A stretch of DNA of 63,830 bases, filler included, from Hyphochytrium catenoides (Eukaryota; Protista; Hyphochytriomycota), in NCBI GenBank assembly GCA_900088475.1. It is 6 parts of 6 records of this genome, joined end to end, with 100 filler letters (N's around TTAATTAATTAA, not from the genome) between each part and the next. Parts side by side here need not be neighbours in the genome. Positions count along the whole stretch, not along the records: positions 1 to 23,693 come from FLMG01004063.1; positions 23,794 to 46,084 come from FLMG01004168.1; 4 more parts are not named here. One strand, given 5' to 3'. The notes under the pieces are model-generated. The model did not search any database and was not told the DNA's origin. It was given only the letters and a program-made list of their open reading frames with translations. A program made the position numbers and the translations under genes. Each line of letters opens with the position of its first letter. Within the stretch, counting starts at the first letter, position 1. Of the stretch, positions 22,701-37,242 are shown one piece after another.

Positions 22701-22951
22701 TGATGGACGGGATCACTGCGACACGAAAGATCCGAGAAAGAGAGAAGAGGGAAGAGGAGACTTTAGACGGCGGGAAGTCTAACGCTTCCAAGGTAGTTGC
22801 GAAGGGGCGGATACCGATCATTGGTCTCTCGGGCAATGCCGCAGAGTACCACCGGGTATTGGCGTTGGAAAGCGGAATGGACGATTATCTGACAAAGCCT
22901 GTCAAGAGTCAAGGTCTCTATGAAGTGGTAGAACACTTCCTGAATTCCTAG
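19769..22951 (+). CDS. Hybrid sensor histidine kinase: MEDS - coiled coil - PAS - HisKA - HATPase - receiver
   Basis: Intronless ORF of about 1060 aa (first ATG 19769). MEDS-like DHVVQFYE...VFGELVDVL...LLCAY. PAS (INPRFCEITG, IHPEDR, GSTRWV). H-box LCHELRNPL, N-box NLISNALKYT, G1 EDTGQGM, G2 GSGLGLFIC. Receiver VEDNLINQ, FMDVEMPVMDG, LTKPV. Confidence 0.93.
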   Translation: MFFAVAEESSPFVKSTVVDTEQKEDRTGEFVDDEGGHDTLVSSSPATLLNAKVLRSLLSKVDGLSLDCDERGNTGDCKEGPETVEETSSYICRAAPPTELDTFFSHPLVNTSSSSPCSWSSVRSFTSSPVEVMEQVREEEEPLSRGESWEEILAGTLEGGPLPSSSFVPAAGRSHAGGDHVVQFYESEAHLYKVVADFMTPALRNGDGVLIAATLAHQEGFKQLFRAAGLDVEEKIKRGQLVLFDAAEMVAKIVKEEGMVDRRLFLDTMAEALTDLQKYSRTYVFGELVDVLCSEGKHREALMLEMLWNTVLRHSFRIVLLCAYHMVGFGDAEYGQAFEDICLAHSHVQTEKLSAAAADGDEAIARPSHSFTLAMLQQKSRALDMEIEKRKLAEKALQECMRLFSYHAQEVLHRERDMYHNLLSTLPVGILKTSDDGADFFINPRFCEITGKTEEEIRSNTWLSAIHPEDRVQVMEAWRVAREVEGKTDKQEYRLVMNDGSTRWVVGEWVSTSRQKRSVVKAEGRIICVHTIVDITKMKRMELERFKALRKAEEIQRNRAIEADNRKQYLNQFVDTLCHELRNPLGGIYGNVELLRAGLEKRKAFLREASTTLSPILQRAIEEQTVLDEESLEAIEKCVRHQKVIADDVLNLSRLENGGVKLQPVDFEVCTVIEDVIKMFAVQAQAKNVSLYSAAGFQPLRVRGDASRLAQILINLISNALKYTERGRVIINIQKVPGSNELLCGSVEDTGQGMTAEEAAEVFKRFSPSGSPEYAGSGLGLFICKNLVQLMGGKITVNSKKNQGSKFSFTFKAELLQDEERTFSATEKAVALPVEANKDKQQTGNEAAAGGEDNSRAPSFDSTASGHPSVEHGKEEGNGEQRATPSSCPPDSSQRRILIVEDNLINQRMMRRLLEKQGFSCDVAGNGQEALDALERSLSALPEPSSSSSTRFTLQPSGSSPILHSSYGLVFMDVEMPVMDGITATRKIREREKREEETLDGGKSNASKVVAKGRIPIIGLSGNAAEYHRVLALESGMDDYLTKPVKSQGLYEVVEHFLNS

Positions 22952-23693
22952 ACATTCGTTAAACGTGGCTGTTTACCTCTTTGTGTAGAAGACTATAATG
23001 GACCAGAGAGAGAGTGCACATTGGCTTCACATCTTTCTGTCCTGGCCTTGCGCTGTGCTGCAGGGTATAAGAGATATCAGCAGTGAGCAGCAAGCGCCAG
23101 CAGCCGTTCTGTTATTTATATACTAACTCAAAAATAAAGTGTCTATGTCAGTATTCAATTAGCTTCGGTCGGATCGTGTTCTTTCCTGGACTTCCTCTGT
23201 CCTTGCTCTTATGCATATTGGACTGCTTGAGCTCTGTCAGGCAGGCAGATGGAGAGATTTGACATCAAGGTGGAGACACCGCCAGAAAGTCACAAAGAGG
23301 CAAACTGCGATAAGTAATAATAGGAAAGACGCTCCGAAGAGGGAGTTAAAGAGCTAAACATTGAATGACCAGCTGCAAAGACAAGCTGGGTCAGCCAGAA
23401 AGCGGCATTTTAGGTAGGAGAGATCCAGAAGAGCTGAGTGAGAGGATGGAGAAGGCACGGTGGAAGAGAAATTAAGGGGCAAAGATATAGGAATGAGCAT
23501 TGTGCCGAGGAGAGCCCTGCAAGGGCAAACCACCATGATCAGAGGATAGAGATTTGAAGCAAAAAAGTGGCGCTTTATCAGTGTTTACTAGAGGAGCGTG
23601 AACTAAGCCGCTCAATGTATCTCTTCTCTCACTCTCTCTTCACTGCTACTCTTTGGGCATGCAGGACAGCTGTGGCTCCGCACTGCAGAAATT

Positions 23694-23793
23694 NNNNNNN
23701 NNNNNNNNNNNNNNNNNNNNNNNNNNNNNNNNNNNNNTTAATTAATTAANNNNNNNNNNNNNNNNNNNNNNNNNNNNNNNNNNNNNNNNNNNN
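23694..23793. other. Artificial scaffold linker (N44-TTAATTAATTAA-N44)
   Basis: Exactly 100 bp with a six-frame-stop 12-mer centred in Ns; identical structure occurs five times. Confidence 0.97.
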
Positions 23794-24089
23794 GGCAAGC
23801 GTGTATATGCATATACACCACTGTCTGTAGCAAAGCTGAAGACTTTAGACGGCGACGGTGAGATGCCCACTTGGTGGAACCCTTGAGCCATATCCAGAGT
23901 AGTGAATCGTGTAGCGCCGTGTGGTGCCTCTAAGATCGTCCTCTGGTGAGGGATTAAAGAATAGGGATATTTCCCGAACCGCAAATTGGGCTTCCGAAAG
24001 TTCGTCACAGCACGATAGCTGCCGTTAGGGTTGACGACCAGGAGAAAGGGGGAGACCATTGTTGGTGCGGTGGTAGGTTCAATGATCTT
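23794..24089 (-). mobile_element. Ty3/gypsy LTR-retrotransposon reverse transcriptase fragment
   Basis: KIIEP...SPFLLVVNPNGSYRAVTNFRKPN...FTTLDMAQGFHQV...FSFATDSGVYAYTRLP matches the gypsy RT N-terminal motifs. Bounded by N gaps. Confidence 0.85.
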
Positions 24090-24361
24090 NNNNNNNNNNN
24101 NNNNNNNNNNNNNNNNNNNNNNNNNNNNNNNNNNNNNNNNNNNNNNNNNAGAGAGAGAAGAGCCTGATAGCAAACGAACACTTCAGAACCCATATCATAC
24201 ATTTCGAATAGCTGGCAGGAAGAGAGTATTTATAGCCAATAAATAAAGCGATCATTCAGGATGTCGTCCTTAAGGAGTTCTGGAGCTCTTGAAGGTTGCA
24301 GTTTTTGACGAGAGTTCTTCGCCTTGTACAGCAGCAGCAGAGGCGCTTATTATAATCTCCG

Positions 24362-24392
<31 letters not shown>

Positions 24393-24607
24393 GTTTTGGT
24401 CTCTTTTTCTCCCTCTCGGTGTCGTCCCCTCCCATCTCTGGTCAGCCTCACGGAACCTACTGATCTCAAGTTTGTCCCGTCCCGCAGCGTGGCTCTGCGG
24501 AAGCAACCTTCAAAGCTACTTCTCATACTTTCAGGGGAAGACGACGACCAAGCGGAGACGGTAGGAAAGTGGAGAAGGGCTTAGAACGGAGGTAATTTCA
24601 TTGCCTG

Positions 24608-27600
24608 ATGGCTGGGGGAAAGGAGCAAGCACCTGATCAAGAGAGAGGTAGTCAGGACGGCCTAGACTTGAAGGAGACGGCTGGGAGTGATATGCTCTTC
24701 CAACAAAACGGCATTGACGTAAGAGCTTCATTGTTCCCTAGCCTATCCCTCGATCTCTTTGGGTTATTTTCGCGGCCTCTACCTTTTCCTTGCTTCACCG
24801 TACTCTGTTCTCATGAGCTCCCGTGTCGCGCCGCTCTCCCCCAATGGCTCTGGGCTAGAAACGGCCTTGGCACTGATAATTTCTCGTCGAAGCAGGTGGA
24901 GGCACAGTCCTCAGAGCAACGAGCAGCCTCTCCTGCAGGCACTTCACCTCGAGCACAACAGGATGGCGAACCTCGACCTTTAGATGCGAGTCCATCTGTC
25001 AGTACAGCCAGCCATCTCATCAGTTCTTCTTGCTTGATGCTCTGTCTACTTCAATAGCTCTTTCTCCGTCTACTCTGTCACTGCTAACTGCGATGGCATA
25101 TGTCTTCCATCTTCATCACAGCTTCGTCCATCCTTGGGTCACGATCAGGCGCTTATGTCACCCTTTATCCGCTTCAACTCCCTGGAAAGCCTCACCGAAG
25201 TCTTAGAGCAAGAGGTACGTCTACATGCCCTTGTCGAGACAATCTTTGATCTCCATATCCAAATGTCCTCGAAAATTGAACTGATGCTCGCTGATAGGTT
25301 GCTCTTCCGTCCGGAGTTTCCTTTGAGAAGCTCGATGGAGAGAGCGTGCATCTTTTTGAGGAGAGCGTGGCCTATCTTATCTTTGTACGCAGCGTGGGAG
25401 AAGTTGAGGCGGATGAGTCTCCTTGTGCTGCATCAGAAGAGGTAGATGGACCTCGAGAAGCCCAAACAGACCAGGAAGGGTCAAATGAAGATGCCTCTCC
25501 CTCGTGTTCCACTAAAGAAGAGACTAGCCATCCGGCTGAGGAGAGCGTCAGTCAGAAGGAGACCAATCATGGTACAATCTCCTCCATAAGTCTTGTTCCT
25601 GCTATTATAGTCGGCGCCTTGGACAGTCTTATATGCCTTGCCCTTCGGGATCTTTTCTTCTCTCTGGGTCTGACAAATTTGTACCTAGATCTATCGAGCT
25701 CTACAGAGTCAGCCTCTTCCTCGGATCAAACATCATCAACCTCTCCACGGCCTCCTCCGCCTCCCACGCCGTCCACTCAGAAGCTGCTCTATCATGAGAA
25801 GCTTATTAGGCAGTTAGAGTCTGTAGGTCATACAGTCCTTAGAGTCAATTGGTTTGGTACCTCTAGCCCGCAGGAGCAGGCCATCATACCCGCTTCTGGG
25901 ATGAAAGACGGCCCAAACTTCAAGTCCTCGCTTGGAGTTGGGCTCTACAGAGCATCCGCGAGTGTAGGCTATGGCTTCTGGAAAGGAGCGGCAGGTAAAG
26001 AGAGGAAAAAGGCAAAGCTAGAAGTGCCATGGGCGGGCAAAGAGCTTCCTCCTAACTAGATGGGAAAGCTTGAAGCATGACATTTATCGTGGTGCCGTTT
26101 CTGTACGAAGACCGCTGCTCTGTCTCCTCTTGGAGTCCTCTCCCTATCCTCTTCTTACCTGTATGTCCTTGCTCTCTCATTCGCTCTTCTCAGCCATCTT
26201 CTGTCCCATACAGTGGAGCTCAACAGGTTCCTTCTTTCTCTCTATAATGAACCACTCTAGGCCTGTTAGACCAGACGATCAAGGGTAAAGAGTCAGGAGG
26301 TATCTTCGGTCTCGCTCGTGGCATCAGTCTCGGTGCCGTCTCTCTTGCATCGCACGCCGTCAAGGGAGCCTTCCGCGGAGTTGGACACGTGACCAGCGCA
26401 GTGGGAGAGTATTGGTCTGGAGGAGAGCAACATTTTTCTCTGCAGGGATCCCTTCTTCTCACCAATTTCCGGCTCGTGTGGCTGTCTTCCTCGTGCACGG
26501 AGCAGTTCAGTATTCCTCTGGGCTCTATTTATACCTTAGAGACAGCTAGTTCGGCGCAGCACATCTTGCACATCGAGGTAACCGGCTTTCCGGGTTGCAC
26601 TTTTTCCGCATAAACTGGAGCGGCGACTCTAAGCTCAACACTTTTCCTTGAGCTCGGCATTCCGTTTCTCGTCCCTTGATCTCTTTGTCTTTTTCTCTCT
26701 CTCTGTGGCACTCTCGCTTTGTATCTAATCTCTCTCTCTCTCTCTCTTGGGTCCTTCAACCTGTTCTGCCGTCACTGTCCTCTTACGCACGCCCTCTCTT
26801 GCTCCCGCTTGTCCGCTCCTGAAGTGCAAAGAAACCTGCCGGCCGACTTTTGCCTTTTCTCACGCTTTGGCATGTAAGAAAGTCTATGACGCAGTGCTGG
26901 ACTTCTACAAGCTTGGACCGCACGTCTTTGCCCCACTGCACTATAGAAGGATGATGAGGAAGCAAGGTCAAGAGCTAGAAGCAGAAGTGGAGGTGCGCTC
27001 GCTATGTGCTTTGGCTCTTCTAGTCCTCTACGGCCCTCAATTATGGGGATTCGCTACATCATTTCGCGACACCTTGTGGGCCCTTTACACTCTCGTTTCC
27101 TAGCCCTTGCTGGCTTGTGACCCTAGTGATCTAACGTCCATGGATTCTTCTTTGCTTTCTCGATAGGACGACGGCGTGTTACAGGTTTATCACCCCGAGC
27201 AAGAGTGGAAACGCACCGGCTTACTTGAGAACCCACACTTCAGGGTGTTTGACAACACTCTGTACTCTCTGCCCACGTACCCTTCCTCTTTTGTCCTTCC
27301 TAAGGACATATCGGACACGCAGGTTCTAGAAGTAGCTAACTTTCGAAGTGCCAAGCGCATTCCTGCCACTGTCTGGAAGCACCCAGTCCTTAACTCGACC
27401 ATAACTAGGTAAAGCAGGCACATGCCCTCTCTCTTGTTCTATGATTCCAACTCTCTCTTAGAGCATCATCCTCAAGCTCCATAATTGTCTTTTATTACCA
27501 AGAATGGCTAGGTTAATGATTGAGCACCTGGGTTTTCAGAGGTCCTCCTCCTGTTGCCTCATCTTCACTGCTGCTGACAGCTTTGCTTTTCAGATGTGCA

Positions 27601-28774
27601 CAGCCATGTGTGGGCCTCAGTGGGTATACTTCGGCCGCAGACCAGCTTCTCGTCTCTCTGCTTCACAGCGCCACGAACAACTCATCTGCCCCCATTCACT
27701 TTATTGATGCCAGAAGCTCGATCGCCGCCGCTGCTAACGCAGCCGCAGGCAAAGGCACTGAAGACATCCGGTGAGAGTCAAAAGCTGGCCCTTTCTTCAA
27801 GTTGGCCCCACCCGATTCCCTTCACAAGTGGCCCTGCACTCCTTTTATTAACCTTTCACGTTAAATGATAGGAACTACGAGCACTCCCACCTGCACTTCT
27901 GTGACATCGCCAACATTCACGTTGTCCGGTCGTCGTTCTATCGACTTGGTGCACTGTGCCAGCCCGGCATTGACCGGTCCTCCGTCACCTGGACAGAGAA
28001 GGTCAGCTCCTCCTACTACCTGTTCATCCATAAGCTGCAGCTTCCACCCGCTTCCTTTGCTCTCATTCCTTGTTCTCTCTTAAACTCTCTTGCTATTGCT
28101 CTCACTGACTGGTCTACGCGCTACAGATTCAAAGCTCAGAATGGATATCCCACCTCAGCAGTATCCTTCAGTCCTCCCTCAAGTGCTGTGAGCTCCTTTC
28201 AAAAAACGAGAGCCTCATCATCCATTGCTCCGATGGCTGGGATCGTACCCCTCAACTGACTTCTCTCATTCAACTCCTTCTGGACCCTTTTTCACGCACT
28301 TTGAATGGGTTTGCCTGCCTTATAGAGAAAGAATGGTGCGCGTTTGGGCACATGTTCCGCTCCCGATGCTGTCACGGCGTCAGCCCTAACTATCAGGATT
28401 CAGAAGACCGCTCTCCTATCTTTATTCAGTGGTTAGACTGCGTCTGGCAGATATGGAGACAATCGTCGTGGGCCTTCGAATTCAACGAAAGTCTCCTTTC
28501 CTTCATCTACAGTGCACTTAACAGTTGTCAGTATGGGACGTTCCTCTATGACTGCGAGCGAGACAGGGTTCAAGAGGAGAAGAGTTCTCCGACCGCGTCG
28601 ATATGGAGCGACATATTAGGGAGGCAGATAGAGTTTGGCAATGAGCTATACGATGCCAGCATCAGTGAGAAATTTGTAGGAATGATCCCCCTAGTGCCAG
28701 AAATTAGCAGACTGCGGCTTTGGCCTGCCCACTTGGACCTGGCTGACCCCACAGGGATAGCTCTCTGGTCATAG
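24608..28774 (+). CDS. Myotubularin-related phosphoinositide 3-phosphatase (multi-exon; PH-GRAM plus catalytic domain)
   Basis: GRAM GSLLLTNFRLVW. LPTYPSSFVLP...FRSAKRIP, IDARS, active-site IHCSDGWDRTPQL (CSDGWDR at 28226-28246), IEKEWCAFGHMF, SPIFIQWLDCVWQI. The 5' start is tentative. Confidence 0.9.
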
Positions 28775-29124
28775 CAGGTGCCGGGTCCGGTTAGCGGAAA
28801 GCCATTAGCAAGCCTTATTTATTCTTCAATATTTATGCAGCTCTCTTGCCTCTTAAAATGTTCGTCCCTCTGATTAGTCCATGACGGGCTGAAGGAAGGT
28901 CGAAAGAAAAAATCGAGGAACCTCTTTCTCACGCATCCTAGCTGTCGTTTAGCAGACATATTTTTCCCCCAAATGGGGCTCTATACGTCTGTTATTTTTA
29001 GAGCTACGGATTCTTGACAGACTTAGGATCCACCGCTCTTCATCCCTATTGCTGCCCAGGGTTGTCAGGCCGTCCTGCCCTTCTCTCGCTTGTCACCTTT
29101 GCTGTCTCATATAACCCTAACCCA

Positions 29125-32969
<3,845 letters not shown>

Positions 32970-33183
32970 TCAGGTGTATCCTCGAAGTATAAGAGATTCT
33001 CCAGCCACTGGAGCCAGCCACTGGAAGGTATTAAGACGATAACAGAGCCGAAAAGAGGATGATGAAGGAAAGCTATAAAGAGTAAAAGAAGCTCTCTTTC
33101 TGTCCTCACGCACCCGATGTAAAGGGAGAATAACGGGGAGTAGGGAGGAAAGCGAGAGAGCGAGCGGGTGCAAAGCGAGANNN

Positions 33184-33223
<40 letters not shown>

Positions 33224-33548
33224 CCTCCTCTGTCATCAGAACCCAAGGCAGATCCCAGACAAAGATTAACTCGCAAGCTCTACCTTTCTAGCTGCTAACG
33301 TCCCTCTTTAGGTCCTCAATCCATCGGAAATAACCGCTGTAAGTCCCGCCTATATATCTGATTTAGGATAGCGTTCTTCTGAATGGCTGGTCTTACAGCA
33401 GGGGAGCTCACGCCATTAGCTTTCCGCCAGGCTCTTCTATTTCCTAGGGCTTTATCATAGAGCGCAGAGACTGCAGATTGAGCTCTTCCAAGCTTCATGA
33501 AGACCGAGAGTCTCGATGACAGAGCTTGACGTGAAGACTTGCTGAGTC

Positions 33549-33594
33549 TTGTTACTCCTGAGGGTTCGGCGTTGTTACTCCTGAGGGTCTGGCG
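33549..33594 (+). repeat. 23-bp tandem duplication just upstream of the MRPS15 ATG
   Basis: ttgttactcctgagggttcggcg followed by ttgttactcctgagggtctggcg. Confidence 0.8.
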
Positions 33595-33617
33595 TGAGGA
33601 GAGTGAACCAACGCACA

Positions 33618-34331
33618 ATGTTCAGAAGAAGTGTCTCTGTCCTCTCGGGGTCTTTAAGAAGGGCTCTTCCGTCGAACCCCGTCTCGTCCGTCCAGTACAG
33701 GCTGGTACCAATTAGATTCGCAAGTGCAGCTTCTGAGCGGGACACACAAGGTAGACTTCCCCTTATCTTTATCCTTACCTGATGTCCCTAAGTTGTGCTT
33801 TTAGCATCAGCAGACGAGCCAAAACCCATCTCGAAAAAGGAGCAGAAGAGAATATACCATCTTCACAGGGAGGTTTCCCCCGATGAGCTACTCCCTGGCT
33901 ACTCGGCTACGCTCCTTGAGGGCGTTGAGAAGAAGGACCTTATAAGCCGGGCCTTGCGCCTGAAGAATGCAAACCAAAGTGTTATCAATCAAGCAAACAT
34001 TAAGGCTACGATTGAACAGTTCCAGAGACATCCAAGAGATACAGGGTCATCCGAAGCTCAGAGTAAGTCCTCAAATCTGTTCCCGAGTCAGCACGCTATT
34101 CATTATTTCTAAGCTGAGCTGCTTTTACGGTTTGCTTATGAAGTCGCGGCACTCACGGAGCGCATCCGCTACATCACGACACATATGAAGAAGAACAAGC
34201 AAGACCTGCACTCGCGGCGAGGTCTCGAAACCCTGGTATATCGGAGGAGGAAACTTTTGGCATACCTCCGCAAGCAAGACGTGCACAAGTGGCGCGGTAT
34301 AGTTCAAACACTGAACCTCCGCGTGAGATAA
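33618..34331 (+). CDS. MRPS15: Mitochondrial ribosomal protein uS15m (3 exons)
   Basis: R/S-rich presequence MFRRSVSVLSGSLRRAL. S15 core FQRHPRDTGSSEAQ-(intron)-AALTERI...HMKKNKQDLHSRRGL...RRRKLLAYLRKQD. Stop TAA at 34329-34331. Confidence 0.9.
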
Positions 34332-34530
34332 CTGCTGGGGGCTAGCACCCTGATGATCAGCGGTCCTCTAATGATGCTCTTGGCAGCAAGCTTAGCCTTC
34401 TGGTCCTACAAGTTGTACCACGAATGAATGTAAAAGCGCCTTGACACAACATTAACAGCTTAAATTGACTGTGCGAAGCAAGCGGCATATTATTTATCGA
34501 CTTCCGTATTACCTATTTCCAATCTCTGTC

Positions 34531-34568
<38 letters not shown>

Positions 34569-34572
34569 TCTT

Positions 34573-36241
34573 CTAAAGACTGATGGTCTCGGTACTGACA
34601 ACCCCAACAGCAAATCCTAATCTGTTAATAGGCGGCTCCCAGCCCAACGCTCTAATCCTGCCCACACCTAAACTTTTCACCAGCTGTGCGCATTGGCCAA
34701 ATATGCTGACGCTTGCCATCTCTTTGCCACTTACTTCCTCCAGTCGCTCCTTGCCCTCGAAGAAAATGATAACTCCCGCCCCTTCATCGACAATCCTCTT
34801 CTTCGCCCATTCTAGCCGCATTAGGCCCTCAAAACTCTGATCTACAATATGTACGAGCACTCCTGCCTTCTCCTGCTCAGGCGCCTTAATGATCCCATAT
34901 GTAAGAGCTCGGTGCGTTGAACCGTCAACTGCGGAGAGGAACGAGTGCGACAGAAATTCGCCAAACGGACTCCGCACAGATGCTGGAGACGGCCTTCTGT
35001 TGATGACTGTCTCTGTTTGCAGCCTGTGCTTGATCAGATCTGTGATAGTTATTATTGGGAGATCGTGCTTCTGGGCGAACTGCTCCAACTCCGCTCTCCG
35101 CATCATTGTCCCGTCATCATTGTTCAGCTCACAAAGAACTGTAACGCATTCCACGTTAGTCCTAGCCTAGGAAACAGTAGAGGACGATAAAGGAAGGAAG
35201 AGATGACAGAAACAGGACCGAGATGACTTTCAAGGGAGAACCGTAGCCTTGGGGCCAAAGACTTACAGCCAGCAGGGAAAAATCCTGCCATCTTGGCTAA
35301 GTCCACAGCTGCCTCAGTGTGCCCTGCTCTCGAAAGGACTCCACCTTCTACTGCTCTAAGAGGAAAGATGTGTCCCGGTCTGTTGAAGGCTCTTGGCCCC
35401 TGCAGACCGAAGGAAATAAAAGGTTGGAGGTGGGTAAATGTAAGATTAAAGAGTCTCCTTGTAATTGTACCTACCACCATCGTGTCGCCAATGGCTCTAA
35501 TCGTTTTCGCTCTGTCAGACGCGCTGATGCCGGTGGATGTCCCTTCCCTGAGAAGATAGCGTAAGAATGGCGTCAAGAGCCACAGATAATCTGCCATTCC
35601 TCTCTCCGTACCTCAAATCTACCGAGATCGTGAAGGCGCAACGGTGAGCTTCCGTGTTCTCTTGCACCATCGGGGGTAGCCTACGGAAGAGACATCGAGG
35701 AACGTCAGCAGCGGCGGAAGGAAGAAGAGCGGCGGAAGGAAGAAGAGCAGCGAAAGGGGGGTAAAATGCCGGTCACCAATCGGTAAGCCGCAACGCCCCA
35801 CAGGTCTATAAGCAAAAAGGGATACCCGAGCACGAGAGGAACGACCGGCACGTGCACAGGTAGGAAGGGAAATGATAAACTGGCTCTGAACATACTCTAG
35901 CTCCTGCAATCTGGCGGCCGTTGTGGGTGCACATATAACGCCGCTACTATAGCGGATCATGAAGGCCAAGGCTTCCGGTGTCGCGCAAGCTGCGGGCATG
36001 ATAAGATCTCCCTCATTCTCCCTATCCTCATTATCCTGGAAGTAAAATGTGAGGGCTCAGCTTGCTGCCTTTGGCTTCAAAAGAAGGTAACCTATCGTAC
36101 CAGCACTACGACGAACTTCCCAGCCTTGATGGCAGCAATGGCATCTTCAATAGGTGTAAAAGAGGAGGAGGATGCGAAGGCCGCCATCTGCTCTTGGTTG
36201 CCAGCAGGAAGAGTGCCAATATCAGCACCAGGAGGCGGCAT
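34573..36241 (-). CDS. ribB: 3,4-dihydroxy-2-butanone 4-phosphate synthase with degenerate GTP cyclohydrolase II-like C-terminal domain (RibBX-like), multi-exon
   Basis: [66 protein letters not shown]. The C-terminal domain keeps [26 protein letters not shown] at 36241 is tentative (alternative 36187). Confidence 0.88.
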
Positions 36242-37242
36242 AACCGGCCTTTTGCCCTTAGATCACACAGCGAAGCCGTGGAAGGCCCACTTTTTGCTAC
36301 TATCAGCTCCTCTGCTCCTAACACTTGGCTGGTAGCAAAGAAAGTGGCTAGTACTCTCCACTGTCTTCAGAGACCTGCGTAAACCACTAGCAAACCTTCT
36401 CTCCAGAAGAGCGAGCCCTTGCACCCCCGTACGAGGACGTGAAGACAGCCCAACTCTAGTGCTGCCCTGTGTTTATCTGCTGCTGATCTCATCACGGCGT
36501 CTCACACGTCAGGCCGCGGAGCTCATCAGCAGCCATCACTCTGTCATCGCTCCAAGCGCATCATCAGCCGCAGGAAAGGACGAGAGCGGGAGCGGGAGGG
36601 GGAGACAGAGAGTGAGAGAGAGAGACAGAGGAGGAAGGAACAAGAGTGAAGGTGGTGGAAGGAAGAGGAGCATGTCATACAGGTCAGTCATACAGGGCCA
36701 TTATCCAGGATAGCGTCTATACATATTCAGGCAATACACATAAAACACTCACTAAATTTATAATGAGGACGACTGCTAGGGAGAGCAAACCACCCATTTT
36801 ATCATCAGTGGTTGGCTGTACAGCTGTACACTGGGATACGAGGATGATGGCAGCGACGACCGCGTACAGACAAGTTCCTAAATCACAAGCGTTGTATGCT
36901 TATAGTCTCCGCCTCCAGGTAGCCGCTAACGTCCAGTGCGAAGCGACAAAACCCAATTTTGCAATGAATGAATCTCTCTTTGCAGACGTGCAGACGAGCT
37001 TCAAAGAGACAGACTGGAAGGCGTGGCTGGGGGACTAGTTCTATAGGTAATGATCATACTCTAGGGGAGCGCAAGGGTAGGAAGGCTTCCGTAAATGCTG
37101 ACCTGGTATGGCTATCTACTAAAGGCAGCTAACAACCAGTAGTCATTGCGCTTGTGACCTCGGCCTTCATTGCAAGGTCAGCTAGAGAGGTCGATTGATC
37201 CTCAAGTCGCTTCCTCAATCGTTCCTTCCGCTAGGAGCTAGT

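Noticed and set aside
23738-23749. Recurrent palindromic TTAATTAATTAA motif (also at 46129, 58269, 59894, 62402)
   Set aside because: Always centred in exactly 44+44 Ns. It is an artificial six-frame-stop linker, so adjacency across it carries no biological meaning.
35708-35753. 18-bp tandem repeat agcggcggaaggaagaag
   Set aside because: Simple intronic slippage duplication in ribB. No spacers, so not CRISPR-like.
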